This document shows, piece by piece, positions 23,201-36,660 of a DNA stretch of 54,418 bases. Each line of letters starts with the position of its first letter. Within the stretch, counting starts at the first letter, position 1. The notes under the pieces are model-generated. The model made no database searches. It was not told where the DNA came from and was given only the letters and a program-made list of their open reading frames with translations. This DNA is from Prorocentrum cordatum (taxonomy: Eukaryota). Location: NCBI GenBank assembly GCA_963575745.1, contig CAUYUJ010000242.1, forward strand, positions 62,001 to 116,418. Reading direction: 5' to 3'. The position numbers and the translations under genes were made by a program.

Positions 23201-24184
23201 TGGACTCTAGTCGTCTACGCCTCCTGAAGCATCTTGCCAGGAGTGGGCGTGGACCTCTGCTAATTGTTGGCAGCTGCGGAAGGCCGCCAGTAAATGAACG
23301 GCTGCGAGCCGAAACTCGTGACCGTGCCCTCATTGTCCACGCCCAGTTTATAGGCTGAGACCTTTTTAGAAAAGAAAGGCGACCGCCTATTGAGCTCACA
23401 CTATTTAGTGCATGTATTGTTTCATCCGTTATACTTGCGCCTTCCATGCCTTAGAACAGGAAGGGCCTCTGGGGCCGTCTTTGGGCGAACTTGAGGGCCT
23501 CGTGGGCCGTCTTGTGGCGAGAAGGCCAAACAATTTCAGAAACCAATGGAACATCCATGAATCGAACATCTTGGGGCCCATCTGGGGCGCCTCCAGGAAC
23601 GCACTTGGGACGTCTTGGAGGCCTTTTGGGCCGTGCTAAGGCCATCTTGGGCGTATTGGGACACTCTGGGGACTTCTCGGCTCTTTGGGATGCTTTTTGG
23701 GCCCATGTTTGGCCGGCTGCGCTACCAGAGGATGCACGCGACACGCCCGGGGAATCCCTGGAAATCCCCAACAATCCCGGGGAATCCCCAGGAATCTCTG
23801 GGAATCCTTTTGAAGCCAGTTTTCCAGGCCGTTTAAACTGTAAGAAGCCTTACAACTCTGAGTTTCTCATGGCTGCATGAGTCTTGGGGCGTTCCAGTGC
23901 GTGCTGAAGGCACGGTGGCGGATATTTGTGGACAGTTTATATGGGCGCGTTAACGCAGAAGTTGCCACCGCTGGAGCATTGTAATCCATGATGGCGATGT
24001 TCTCGTATCCGGGCTGTGCGAACACCAAGACCACCGAGGAGCTGCAGAAGTTCCGCTTCTCTCTCGTGCGTTCCCTCGAACACTTGCAAACGCGACGTAG
24101 TACGACGACACGGAAGCAAAACAAGCCGGGGGAAGTACCCAACGATATACATTTGTGAGTACCACATGTGGACTGTATCGCTGG

Positions 24185-25065
24185 GCTGGGTCCTTATGGG
24201 GAGCTCCATGTGCAGCCAAGAATCGTGTGAGGGGTGTGCCGAAATCGGGGTGTCGCCCACATGCGGGCTACGCCACTGGGACCGTAGGTGGAGCACCCTA
24301 TGGGGCCACGAAGCGTGTCAGGGGTGTGCCGAAACGAGGGTGTCGCCCACATGCGGGCTGCGCCACAGTAGCCTTAGGTGGAAGGTATAGCTCCTTCTGG
24401 GGCCAAGAAACGTGTGAGGGGTGTACCAGAACGGAGGTGTCGCCCACATGCGGGCTGCGCCACAGGTGCCTTAGGTGGAGCTCCTCCCTTTGGGGCCACG
24501 AAACGTGAAAAAGAGATTTGCCGAACCAGACGCGTCACCCAAATGCGTGCTGCGCCAGTGTGGCCTTAGGTGGAGCTCCCCGTGGGGCCCCGATACGTGT
24601 AAGGGGTGTGCCCAAACGGGGGTGTCGCCCACATGCGGGCTGCGGGGCCTTAGGTGGAGATCTTTGTGGGGCCACGAAACGTGTGACGGGTGCGCCGGAA
24701 CGGTGTTGTCGCCCACACGCGGGCTGGCTGCGCCATTGGGGCCTTGAGTGGAGCTCCCTGTGCGACCATGAAACATGTGAGGGGTGTGCCGAAAAGGAGG
24801 TGTCGCGCACATGCGAGTTGGGCCACTGGGGCCTTAGGTGGATCTCCCTGTGGGGCCACGAAACGTGTGATCTGGTTTGCCGAAACGCAGGTGGCGCCCA
24901 CATGCGGGCGTCACAACTGGGGCCTTGGGTGGAGCTCCTTGTCGGGCGACGAAACGTGTGAGGGATGTGCCGAAACGGGAGTTGGGCCCACATGCGGGCT
25001 GCGCCACTGGGGCCTTAGGTGGAGCTCCGTATGGGGCCACGAATTGTGTGATGGGTTGTGCCGAT
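24185..25065 (+). repeat. ~90-bp minisatellite, ~10 diverged copies
   Basis: The unit ggtggagctccctgtggggccacgaaacgtgtgaggggtgtgccgaaac..tgtcgcccacatgcgggctgcgccactggggcctta recurs at ~24197, 24288, 24377, 24474, 24569, 24653, 24748, 24837, 24929 and 25018. Confidence 0.95.
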
Positions 25066-25916
25066 ACAGAGACATGCAGAGGGCAGATGGAATATGATGG
25101 AGTGAGGGAGGAGGTGGAGGGGAAGGGGGAGGAGGAGGCGGAGGAGGAGGAGGAGGAGGAGGAGGAGGAGGAGTGAGGACTCGGGGCGCTCTCTCTTCAA
25201 AACGAGGACCCAACACCGCAGGATGGCTGGGAAAAACAATATTACAAATTAGCCAGCGTAGACTACAGTCGGCCCGGATTAGTAGGTCGACCCTGCCAGC
25301 TCAAGTGTACCTTTGTGTCCTGTGCCTCGCGACACGTGCCTTCTTACACTCCGAAGGCGATGTGGCCTTCGAAGGGTCTTGTTCCCTCTTGCGTGTTGTC
25401 TGTTGTCTCCAATCAAGTCCGACTTTACGCGATGCGGCCACATCGATGCAGATGCGTCCCGCTGCGTCGCCTCCCCGATTGGACTCCTCTGGCGAGTCGG
25501 AGGAAGAGTGGGTGCCGCCTCGGCGTGGTCACCTCTCGTCTTTCCGTACGCGCTCGTCTTTCCCGCGTGCGACCTGCCTGGTCTTCCAACCAACTGGGAG
25601 CGCTGGGCTGCTGCACGCCTCCGCACAAGGTGATGGTGTACAGTGGGGGCGCGCATCAAGAAACTGATTGCTTTTCGGCAGGGTACCCTTGGTGTCTTCG
25701 CTCCTCGCGCTGCGCGGTGACTTTTCACAGCCGTTGAAGGAGCTGTTGCGTTCAGGGTGCTCCAGGCTTCCTTTCAGGTGCATCTCGCGCCTGCGGGTTT
25801 CAGGGTTGGGTTTCTTGCGAGGGTTTCTTGCTGCCGCGCCCGCACTGTATACTGTCAGTTTCGGCCCAGCCCGCAGTTTTGTTTGCTCACTGCGGCGTCG
25901 GAGGAAGAAGAGTGTG

Positions 25917-25987
<71 letters not shown>

Positions 25988-27039
25988 ATGCGTGTGTTCT
26001 CCACGCCACGTGATCTGGGCCGGCCCGTGCGCGTCTCACCCTCGCTCGACTCGTGCTACGCCGCGCCGCTGAGCGCGTGGCCGTGGGGCCACACAACATG
26101 TGCCTGTGTGTGTGTGCTGTATGTTGGGATGGTTGCACTTCGGCCGCCTGGCACACCTTGCAGCTCCGCCTTCAGCCCCCGGCGCCGCCCAGCGTCCCTC
26201 GGCGGAAGCTTAGGCAGCCGTGAGTGCGCTCGCTGGTTTATTTGGTTTCGCCTGTAGCCCGGACGACTTCTGACGCCGCCTGTGCCTTCGCTTGCGGCCG
26301 CGACCAAAAAGTGTGCTGTGTCTTGCGCGTCTTTCGGGCCACATTTTCTGCACCTCTTCGCGAGAGTGTCAATTCGCGACGTTCATGGCTCGTTGCGTGT
26401 CGCTTCCGCGCAGCGGGGCATCGGAGTAACAAAATGCGTTAGTGCGTCTGGCTGCTGCAGTGGCCCACGCTGGCGCCTACGCCAGCATCATCGCTGGCGC
26501 CGTCGCTGCACGCCTTCGTGGATGGGATGTGCGTTTAGGAGGGCGTGGCTTGCGTATTCCCTCCTCTACTCCCACCAGCGCGCGGCCGCATGTGGTCGCG
26601 CCGCTATCTTGAAAAGTGTGTGTGTGTGTGTGTGTCGACCACCAGGTTACGTCAAATCGGTGTGAGCAGTGCGGCTGCACATACAGGTATTTGCATCCCC
26701 TCCCCGACCTCATTTGCACCGTGTCCGCAGGCGAGAACATTTATTCGAGCTACGGTGTGTTCATCTTTAACGGCGCCAGGGGAGATCCAAGCCAGGAACA
26801 TGAAACGGCGGATGATGGTGTGGGAAGGAATAATTTGCAGGAGGATATAAGGGAATAAAATGGAGGCAGTGCAGCAGGAGAACGGGACAGGGAACAAGGA
26901 GGAGGAGGAGGAGCCTGACAGAGGACGAGGAGGAGGAGGAGGAGGAGGAGGAGGAGGAGCGGGGGGGGGGGGTAAAGTAGGAGGAGGTGGCGATGGAGGA
27001 GGAGGAGTCTCTCTCTCTCTCTCTCTCACACACTTCCAA

Positions 27040-30000
27040 TCAAGCTATATCCTTCAGAAGTTTGTCTGGGGGTGGACACTTCTGTTCCCTTCCCCTCTCG
27101 AGTCAGCTCCTGCGACGAGCCAGCAGGGCTGATGCGCACTTTGCGGCGCCAGCACAGGGGCGCGGCCAAGCGTCAGCCTACCCTCACGTCTTCATGTAGT
27201 GGTTCCGATCCTTGCCGAAGCCGTGACACACCTCAATACAGCATGCCCATGGGGCTCAAGATAGTCTCCCCACCTCATCCTGTGCGGCGCCCCGAGGAGC
27301 GGGTTACTGCCCCTGGCAAACAGCATGCCGAGGCGCCCCGAGGAGCGGGCCACTGCTTCAGGCGGGATATGTCGGGCGCCCTGAGGAGCGGGCCACTGCC
27401 TGCAACAAAGATCGCAACATCGCCCAGGGAAGGGTATGTCCATTCGAGATCGCGAGGCGAAACTGGAACTCATTTCTTAGAGCTAGAACTTCCCCCACGG
27501 CCACGCTGTCTCACTGGGTTGCCCCGTGGTGCGCGGCCGCTGGGCATCTGACCGCCCGTATGAAAGCAGCAGCTTTGCCAGTATCGTTTCCACTGGAGCG
27601 CGCACGCCCGCAGTGCGCATGTGCTCGGTCGGGGTGTCCGTTGGCATCAGCTGGCACAGGTCGCTCTCCTTCTGGGTGATGGCCTTGAGCCGGCTCTCGT
27701 GGTCCTGGATGCTCTTCGGTAGCACAAGTTCTCCCCGGCAACTGAACATCATGCGCATTTTGGGTTCTTTGCCTGTCTTGTTGAAGGTCGGGAGCATCAT
27801 CATCTCCTTGGCCAAATAGAGAGCACTGTCGGGTCCTCCCGCCTGCAGCATCGCTTGACGTCGCCGTGTTCCTGCTATGATTGACTGGAGCCTTGTCGAA
27901 GAACCCTTGTGCTCGTAACTCAGCATAGCGTCGGGAACCCTCGAAAGGCAGTGGCACGACGGGGGGCCGTGATCTGTCTCTGGATCCTCCTTGCGCTGCT
28001 TGACGTAGTTTTGGAAACAATCGCTCATCTGTGTGGCTGCGGCGCTGCTCTTGAGGATCAACATTGTGAGGGCGTATCGTTTTCCCATGTCCGAACTCGA
28101 CCCTCGAGTTGAATGATGATCGACTGCATGATCTCGATCGTGTGGTCCACTCCGTTGTCGTCCTCGTCCTCTTCCCCGGCCGTCGCTCTTTGTCTCCGAG
28201 CAAGGTTGCGTGGGGGGCGTGCACCGTGTACAGAAGCGCGGGGCCTGGTCGACGTTTGAGCAAGCCACGCCTCCTGCTGTGGGTAGCAGCTCGCGAATCT
28301 GAAATGAATGAAGAAGGTGCGGACCAATCTGCTCGCGTACATGTTTGAAACAATCGGTTGCAGTCTCGCATGTATCCAAACACACTACACAGTCCAGCGT
28401 AGGTTTCTTGGGATCCGTGGCACATCTCGCTCTGGATTTCGGGCAACGATTTCTGTGTTGGATGCTTGCTATGTGCTGTCGTGCTGTGCCAGTATATCTG
28501 AAGGAAGGCTCACATAGTATGCAGGAGTTTGTAGTAGTGCGTACATTTGCGATGATAGACTTTCCGTGCGCCCCCCCCACCGCCGCAGCTATGTGTGCGT
28601 AGAGTTGTGTGTTTGTTGATGGCCAGGGTGACTCGCATGCACTCCCATCCCCCCACACTTCCAAGCATCGGTGCTCTCCAGTCGCCCCCTGCTCAGCAGC
28701 AGACCGAGTTCCTGCACCCTGGGGGAGGAAGCGGGCAGTGAGCTCGCCGTCGATGTTGCAAACGTCAGCGGGCTCCTGGAATGACCGTTCAAAAGGGAGC
28801 TACATCGAATTCACTACTTCGCCAGCCTCGATTTCTTTCAAGCTGTCGATGTCATCCTGAGCCTGTCGTGCCCAAGGGCTAACATGCTCGGCCACGCGGC
28901 CGTTCTCGTCAAAGAGCGGATCACCGAACTTGGTGTTGCCAAACACCGTGGCCAAACATTGTGCGTAGCCCGTGCGTCTAGACACCATGTGTTGCAGCCA
29001 CTTGAGCCGCCTGATACGTAGTTCAGGAAATAGTGGAGCTAGTTTGAACGTTTTTGGAACTCGTGATGATGCACTGAGCGCTGATGGTTGGCCTCGGAGT
29101 CCCAGTAGGAGGCTCCTTGCAAGATGGCTCCACATGTCCTAAAGATGAACCCTTGAAGATGGCGGAGGTCATTCTCCCTGAGGGGTCCAGTCCCGTGGAC
29201 GACGAATTCATTCCAGACAACGTTGTGTTGACCAGGAGGGTGTTGACCAGGGCGCGCTTGATCGAACAACTCACATCCGAATACCAAAACCCCCCAATAC
29301 TGAGACACGATGCCTTCACCGCATTGAGTTTCTTGTGAAGCGCGGGCGCAGGGGTGAAGGTCGACGCCTGGGGCCCGCCTAGATATCTGCAGTGGTGTAA
29401 CGTACGACCAGCGACGCCTGCAGTTCCATTGCAAACCTTCTTCTGCGTAGCGTGGGCTCCACGGCCTCTGAAGCAGCAGATGTGTTCCTGCTTGTTGGTG
29501 GTCTGTCCTGCACCCGCCCTCCCAAGTCCCTCGTCGATCGCTTCGTTCTCAAGCTGACTCCCTCTGATGATCGTATCCTCCATCGCCCCCTCCCCGTCCT
29601 CCAAGACCTTATTGGCAACGTCATCGGCATAGCCTGTCATCGAACACTGTTCTTGCCACTCCTCGTTCCATGGGGGAGGGTTTCGAGGTACGGGAACCAG
29701 TTCTTCGTCACCGCAAGGTCGGCGAAGGCCTCCAAGACAGGCTCGGAGCATGTCCTAAAAATCAACTGGGTCGCCCCAGTGTCTCCTGGGAAAAAGCAGC
29801 GTTTCCTTTGCTGCCAGACGGTGCCCATTTCATCTTGAAGTAAGAGCGTGTTGTGTAGCATTCGGTCCTTGGTGAACGTGCGATCTTCTGGAGCGTAGCA
29901 GGAGTAGATACAAGCAAGGGCGGCGGCGTGCCGCACTGCATAGTACGCGTTGGTCGCGTCGTGGCAACGCTGCGCGTGAGAAATGCTTGCAGTCTGCATT

Positions 30001-32490
30001 CTGAAACTGTCAGCCAGCTGCACCCCCATCGCTGTATCCCTCCTCCCCCTCCGAAGCCCTCCATGGATCCAGTTGGGCGGCTCCAACTGGGGCGACTTGC
30101 GTGCAAGAGCACCTGCGTGATATGCTCTGCTCAACGTGCACATGACCATGATGATGCGCTCACCGTCCGTGTCCAATTGTATGTGGTGTTTCGGTATGCG
30201 TGCGGCCTTTGCACTGTGCCAGGAGATGGGGAACCTGTCGTACGTCCTACATGCGCGCAGTAGTCCTATCAGCACGTCTCTGGTCCTTGTGGGCTGTGTG
30301 CGCTCAAGCTCATGTCCTACGCCGTGTCGCTGTACGGGTCTGCGCTCATTCGTCCACTGTTGGTGGAGCAGAAGTCTTCAACAGTCTGGAGGGGTGCTCC
30401 AGCTCGGCCGCGCACGCCAGAAACGTAGCTTCCGAACACTGCGATATAAACGATTCCAGTCTCTGGCCGCCATGCAGAGGGCCTCTGCCTCATCGCGCTG
30501 CTGTCTACCTTCGTGGACAATGTCCTGTGGAACTTGCTGTGGTGTCTCCTCTACGACCGCGCAACCTCCATCCAATGGTGCAAGCTGCATCTCACGTGCC
30601 CAGCTCGCTGCACATGCTGATGATCCTGGAACTGCTGCGAAACGTCGTTGCCTGGGCCCTCGATTTCTGCATGCCAGTAGTCGTGCGATGTTTTGAACGA
30701 GGTAGTTTTTTTTTGTTGCTGCTTTCTTTAGCTCAGTGTATCTCCGCTGATGTGTTGCTTGCCAATGCTGCTGGCTGTGCTCTCGTATCTGCTTGCTGAC
30801 TGCTTTGATCATTCTGGCGTGCTCCTCGTCGTCCTCCTCCTTGCTTCTAAGCTCCCTCCTCTCGTGCAACAGGGTCTTCAGGGTCTGCAGGTGTTCCTTG
30901 TGGGTCTCTGTGTAGAGGGGGGTGACTCATTCAGGACCTCGAGAGTGGCCTGGCTCATGACTCCCGTGGGGATCTCATTCATGAGTTCTAGATCTCCAGA
31001 CACACATCCGCCTGCCCGAACTCATCCTTCTCTTTTGCGAGTCTCTCCATGGCCTCGAGTACCTCGTGGCGCTTGTGTCCCGTTTGAACACATGGATACA
31101 AATCTTATGGATTGGGGTGGGGTTCTCGATGAGGCTGTGCTGCTGCTGTCAGCTGGACAATCAAAGACGCCATGATGGGCTTGTAATCTCTGTGTTCCTT
31201 GCACAGTGCTATCTGTAATCTCTTAGCGCTGGTGGTGAGCACCTGTACCTTCCCTTCCGTCCCGAGCGCGGCTGAGGGCACACACACATGATCAATGTAT
31301 CTCCCCGCCCCCGTGTTGGAGGTGAATGCCGGAGGACAAGTATAGTGTGTAGTAAGGCTTCTGCTTCTTCCCCTCCTCCGCTTCCTCCCCGCCCGGCTTG
31401 CAATTCGAGCTCAAGTGGTTTTCAATGTTGGATGGAGATGCGAGTTGCCTCCATGCTCCAAGGTTCACTGGTTTTGCCGATGGCGCGAATTCGTTGGGTG
31501 CGTGACTCCTGCTCCTCGTTCTCGTCCTCGTCGTCGGCCGTCTCCTTCTCCGAAGGCTGGTCCTATACCAGCGGGATTTCCGTGCACCGATTCCGTGACA
31601 TGCATCTGTTTCGTTGCCCCAGTCCACGGTTTTCGTTTCGGGCCTGGCGGTTGGCGCGTAGCTGCGTGAATTCGGCAGCCGGCATCCAGACTGGAGACAT
31701 CGTGCGGTGGACGTTGGGTGGTGCTTCGCCAAAAAAGTAGTGTGTAGTAAGGCTAGTCATCTCCCATCCTGCAGCAAATGGTCTCAGCCTGACTGATCTC
31801 CGTGTCGCCTTGCCTCTCCCGTAGCGTCCCGCGACCGCGTCTAGATAAGAGTGAGGCAGGCCTCCATTGAGATCAGTGGCAATGATGGTAAGCGCACCCT
31901 GTTCTCTGGACAAGGTCATGGATTCACAGAGCCAAGTATTCATCTGGTCAAGTGTTCTCATATACAAGACGTCCTGCTCGCGTGGTTTCCTGAGGGGGAT
32001 CGTGAAGTACAGCAACACCGAACATGATACCACCTCGTTTCGACAGGAGTCCAATAAATCTGCCCCAGAGCATCTTGGGAACTGGGATGAACCGTTTGAT
32101 GGAACTCGTCGGGAAGATGCTTCGTCTCAGTAAAACCGTCACACCATATGCCTTCGAGGTAAGAGCACCCAGAGAAAATACATATTCAATAATACTAGAA
32201 TATCCTACTCGTCGTGAATCCTCACACTGTGTTCCTCGAGATCTGAGTTGTGTGCCAGTGAGGGCATTTACACCTTTCTTGCCAAGCTCTTGAGCTGTGT
32301 CAAAGAGTCGAGAGTGTGTGTCGGCAACAACCGGATTGAACTGCACAACGCGAAGCAAGCTTGGGATCGCCAGCGGGCGCGGGCCGCCGCCTGGCGCGCC
32401 GCCGCGGGGCGAGGGGAGTATGCTCCGTCGGGGATATGAAAGGGGTGCCAGATTCTTGGTGGCGCGTTCCTGGGCGCCTGATCTGGGCCA
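27040..32490 (-). mobile_element. Decayed near-full-length non-LTR retrotransposon: APE-RT-zinc finger (~32358 to ~28400) plus a downstream ORF (~28230-27480)
   Basis: APE motifs: LRVVQFNP, ALTGTQ, IIATDLNG, RYIDHVCVP, RDYKPI. RT motifs: ARIPK..GERII, DATNAY, FPGD, GYADD, RYLGG, RIRRLKWLQ. A CILC..H zinc finger follows. Flanked by (CCT)n at the 5' end and (GA)n at the 3' end. Confidence 0.9.
31360..31737 (+). mobile_element. 378-bp retroposed insertion (SINE-like) with 17-bp target-site duplication
   Basis: TAGTGTGTAGTAAGGCT at 31343-31359 and 31738-31754; A6 tail. Removing the insert restores the host APE frame MTSLTTHY-TCPPAFTSNTGAGRYIDHV. Confidence 0.9.
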
Positions 32491-32772
32491 CCTATGGAGG
32501 AGGAGGAGGAGGAGGAGGAGGAAGAGGAGGAGGAGGAGGCGGAGGAGGAGGAGGGGAAGGAGGAGGGGGAGGAGGAGGAGGAGGAGGAGGAGGAGGAGGA
32601 GGAGGAGGGGAAGGAGGAGGGGTAGGAGGAGGAGGAGGAGGAGGAGGAGGAAGGGGAGCAGTGGAAAGGACGCGAGGCGAAGGTTGTGGCAAGAGGATTT
32701 GTTGGTTGTGAGTCCCTAGCTCGATCCTCTTCCAGCCTGGGTCCCAGCACGCCCCACCCTTTGCAGGAAGGT

Positions 32773-32898
32773 CTTGGCATCGCTCGGACGTGTGCATTTG
32801 TTCGGCGAGAACAATCGAGGACCATCCTGGACCATCGAGCAAAAAAAGACACGCACGAAACCGACAAATGCACGGGAAATGGACGTCCGAGCGACGGC
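32773..32898. mobile_element. ~125-bp MITE-like element, copy 2
   Basis: Same TIR (32780-32791 / 32883-32894) and core as the 3695 copy. Confidence 0.7.
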
Positions 32899-32989
32899 AA
32901 GAGGTTGCGGCAGGAGATCACCGACGGTGAGAAAACATAGTGGTGGCATTGGAAACAGCTCTGAAGGGTCAGCTCCCTAAGCGTTTCCT

Positions 32990-33760
32990 CCGACCGACGA
33001 TCGATCACAACCACGACGACGCCGCCGATGACGTCGACGACGACGACGACGCACACCGACGACGACGACGACTGATGACGATCGACGACGCTTGACGACG
33101 CCGCCGACGACGGTCGACGACGACGTACCACGAACAATGACGACGTTGACTATCGACGACGACGCAGTCGACGACGATCGACGGCGACGTTGACGCCGTC
33201 GGCCGCGTTGGCGGCGGCGGCGAGGTGGCAGTCTCCCTCGCCATCGGCCAGCTCCTGGTGGGGGCGGTCGGGCTCCCCACGCGCCCGCCCTGCGAATGCT
33301 CGAGCCTTGCAGAGTCCCCCGCCGCCGTCTCCGTCGTCGTCGTTGTTCGCTGGTCGCCGGTCGCCGCAGCGGGCGTCGTCGTTGCCGTTGGTCGTCAGTA
33401 CGTGGTCGTCAGTCATCGATTGTGTCTCAGCGGTCCGCCGTCGGCGTTGCCGTCGTCAACGGGGGCGGGTCGAGGATGTTTGATCGCGGATTGAGGGTTG
33501 TGGAGGGTCGCGAGCATGTTTGGGCCTTTGGGGTCTGGTGGCCATCTCTGGGTCCGTCTCGAAACGCGCTCCGCCAAATCCAGAAGTAGTCGTCGACGGC
33601 AACGCCAGCGTTGTAGTCATCACTGTCATCGCGAATGGTAACGTCAACGTCAATGCCATCGTCGCGAGCGTCAAGGCCAGCGTTGTCGTCAATGTCGTTA
33701 TCAACGCATCCGACGTCAACGTCACATCGTCGCCGTCTCTGCCGATGTCGCCGTAAACAT
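32990..33760. repeat. (GAC)n / (GTC)n low-complexity tracts in opposing orientation
   Basis: gacgacgac tract at ~32990-33195; gtcgtcgtc tracts at ~33325-33460 and beyond. Confidence 0.75.
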
Positions 33761-34009
33761 CGGGCACAGGTCGTTCAGGTTCACGCTGCGTCGGCCCAGC
33801 GGTTGACTTCAGCGCGGGCATCCAGGGTTGAACGCCGCCGAGTACCCAGAATCGGTCGATACCGATTGATGAGCGTTATCCTTGGTAATGTTGAACGAGC
33901 CTCGCGGTGTCAGACACCAACGCCCATGCCATCGCGACGACTCCCCTCTCCTCTCGATGCGTCGAGGCGCCTCCGGGAGAATTTCGCCCGCCCCGCCCGC
34001 GGCAGCCCG

Positions 34010-36003
34010 TGGGCCCGAGGTCGTGAAGCAGCGTGGCTTCGCCGAGCCAGTCGTCAAGGTGTTCATGGCGCTCTTCTGCATGAGGGACCGCCTTCCCCCC
34101 CCCCCTCTCGCCGACCTCCATCGGCGGCGAGCGAGGGGGGGAAGGCAGAAGGAGGAGGCCCTCTCACAGGGCGGCGGGGCTTCTCGGAGGCCTCGCGCCT
34201 TCTGAGGGGTGTGATGTCCAGATGTGGGGCAGGACGAGAGACTTCTCAGAAGCTCGGGGGACTTCGAGCCGTTTGAGAAGGCCCGCCCCTTCTCACCTCT
34301 CCCCCGCGCTCGCCGCCAACTGCATGAAGGCAGAGGGGCACGAGACACCGGGCAGAACGGCGGCGGGCGGAGGGTGCCACATACCTGCACCGATCCTGGC
34401 CAGGCCAAGCCTCCTCCCGGGAGTGGGGCGCGGGCCCCTGATGCACCCCGGCAGGATCGGGGAGGTCGGTAGGTTGGTTTGTTCAGCCCAGGCATGTTGC
34501 CATGACTTCTGCTCCAGGGGGCTCCTCCTCCTCCTCCTCCTCCCCCTCCTCCCTCTTCCTCCCTCCCTCCTCCTCCCTCCCTCCTCCCTCCCTCCTCCTC
34601 CCTCCTCCTCCTCCTCCTCCTCCTCCTCCTCCTCCTCCTCCTCCGGCCGGGGCCGTCAAGCATGATCGAGGTGTGCCCCTGGCCCACCTGAGGGCAGGCA
34701 CCGACATGCATGGCGAGGGCCCAGGTCTGCGCAGGACGTTGGCCCTTCTGGGCCGTTCGTGGACCCTCTGTCGACCAACATGCTGTGTGCTGCGCTCCAT
34801 GGTTTTATTCCACCAGAGATAAAAAACAATCAGTGCATGGTTTGATCGATAAGGAGATCGACCGGGAACCCGGGAACCCGGAAGCCACCAAAATCGGCCC
34901 CGAACCAATAACCAGGAACAACCAGGAACCCGGGAACCCAGCTGGCCACCAAAATCAGCGGGTAATTTTCGCCAAGTCTTGCAATTTCCGCTAGGACCCC
35001 TTTAGTGCAAGCACTGACTGAGGAATTTCGAGTTCTACGAATAACGCTGGGGAGCGTCCTAACTGCTTCTCCGGATTACCCGTTCCGTTGTCGGCCTTGG
35101 CGGGCGGTGGTACAGACGACCACACGCGGTTTCGCCTCACCAGGTGCCCATGGCCTCGTGGGGACGCCTCAGATTTCGCAGAACCTAGGTGGGTTTCGTG
35201 AACTTTGAGCGTGCTTCGTGGTTTCTGTTCGTGGCATGTGGGCGACCTAACATTGAGGGAACCCGATTGCGCGGACATTCCCGCTTGGGGCCGCGCGCAA
35301 GCGCTCTCGTTCCTACACGGCGTGCCGCGCTGGCGGCCGTCGTTAGGAAGGCCGCCGCGTAGGGTCCGTTTCTCATCGTCACCAACGTGCCAGTGCTGCG
35401 CATATTTGTGGTCTTGGGCCTGGCGCTCACCCTAGGTCCTCGACATCGATGCTCTCGCGCGCGCTCGCGCGCTCAGAGGAGTTCCGCATCCTGTCCCTGC
35501 TCGGCGCGGTCTTCGGGGTGCTGAAGCTGGAGATGGCCAGGCACCAGGGGGGGAAATGACACCCGCGCAGGGCACCTGTACACCACCGCGCCTGGTCGGA
35601 GCCATCCTGAGCCACGAGGTGGTGCAGGCCCTCCCTGTAAAACGACGCGAAGATCGGGACAAAATCGGATCGGGACAACTCGAAATCTCTGAGAATCGGC
35701 GGGTTTGGAGGATGTACTGGGCGCCGCGGCCGCTCTCAGCGCTCCGGAACGCTCTGGAGCAATTTATCCCGATCCTAGCCCTGTTTTACCCTGGTCTCGG
35801 CCAGCAGGCCCTGTGCGTCATGCCGGGGCAGCAGGCCAATGTACACGCTTGGGCCCGTGGCCGCTGGCGTGGGGTGCCGTGACGGCACGCCGCCGGTCGC
35901 GTCGGAACCTAGAGGTCCTCTCCTGGGTCCCGCGGATGGCCGCTTTGTCGTCGTCGTCGTTGCGGTCGTCTTCGTTGCGGTCGTCGTCGTCGTCGTCGTT
36001 GCG

Positions 36004-36056
<53 letters not shown>

Positions 36057-36660
36057 GCATCGTCGTCGTCCGGTAGATACCTCGCAATTAGTTCGCTGTG
36101 GTGCCGGGGCTCCTCGATGTGAAACTCGAACTGGTGGCCTTCCGGGTGGTTGCACTCGCTTCTTCACGATCCGCAACCCAGGGACGCGACGATTGCAGAG
36201 TTTTCTGCATTCGTTGGTGTCGAGGACGTCCTTGAGGATGTCCTCCCTCTGTGGGGATGTCTTCCCTTTGTGGGGACCCCTCCTCCATGAGCTCGCAGTG
36301 GCAAGATCCACCGCTGCCGAAACGGGCGCACGGGGCACTCCCGCCCCGCTGGCGGCGCTAGAACAGGTGTGGGCGTGATGAGTTCTAAGATCCCCAGCAC
36401 TCCCCAGGCTTTTGAGAACATGTGCCGACATTTCCAGCAAGCATTTTCAGGACATGTTTCCGACCTGTTAAACACATTTTTTAATTCGATGAGAGGACTG
36501 TTAGGGTGTCCATTGTCGTGGCATCCACAGCCCCAGATGTCCCGCTGTCCCGCACGGTCTCCAGGAGCGAGGGCCGCTCGAAGCTCCTCGGGACTCCAGG
36601 AGCTTCTTGGCCACCCGAAGGGGGCGCGAAGAGAGCCCGAGCACGCGCACCGCGGGCCAG
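34010..36660 (+). CDS. Candidate scattered exons of a host multi-exon gene, unknown product
   Basis: AG|..|G-bounded GC3-rich segments: VVKQRGFAEPVVKVFMALFCMR, DERLLRSSGDFEPFEK, SMLSRALARSEEFRILSLLGAVFGVLKLEMAR, YWAPRPLSALRNALEQFIPILALFYPGLGQQ, DVFPLWGPLLHELAVAR..LAALEQ. The full chain is not resolved. Confidence 0.35.

Noticed and set aside
23870..24130. Short coding-looking fragment
   Set aside because: It has an in-frame stop and no motif, and the strand is unclear.
24185..25065. 90-bp repeat as a CRISPR array or Cys-rich repeat protein
   Set aside because: The whole unit repeats with no spacers, and indels shift the frame between units.
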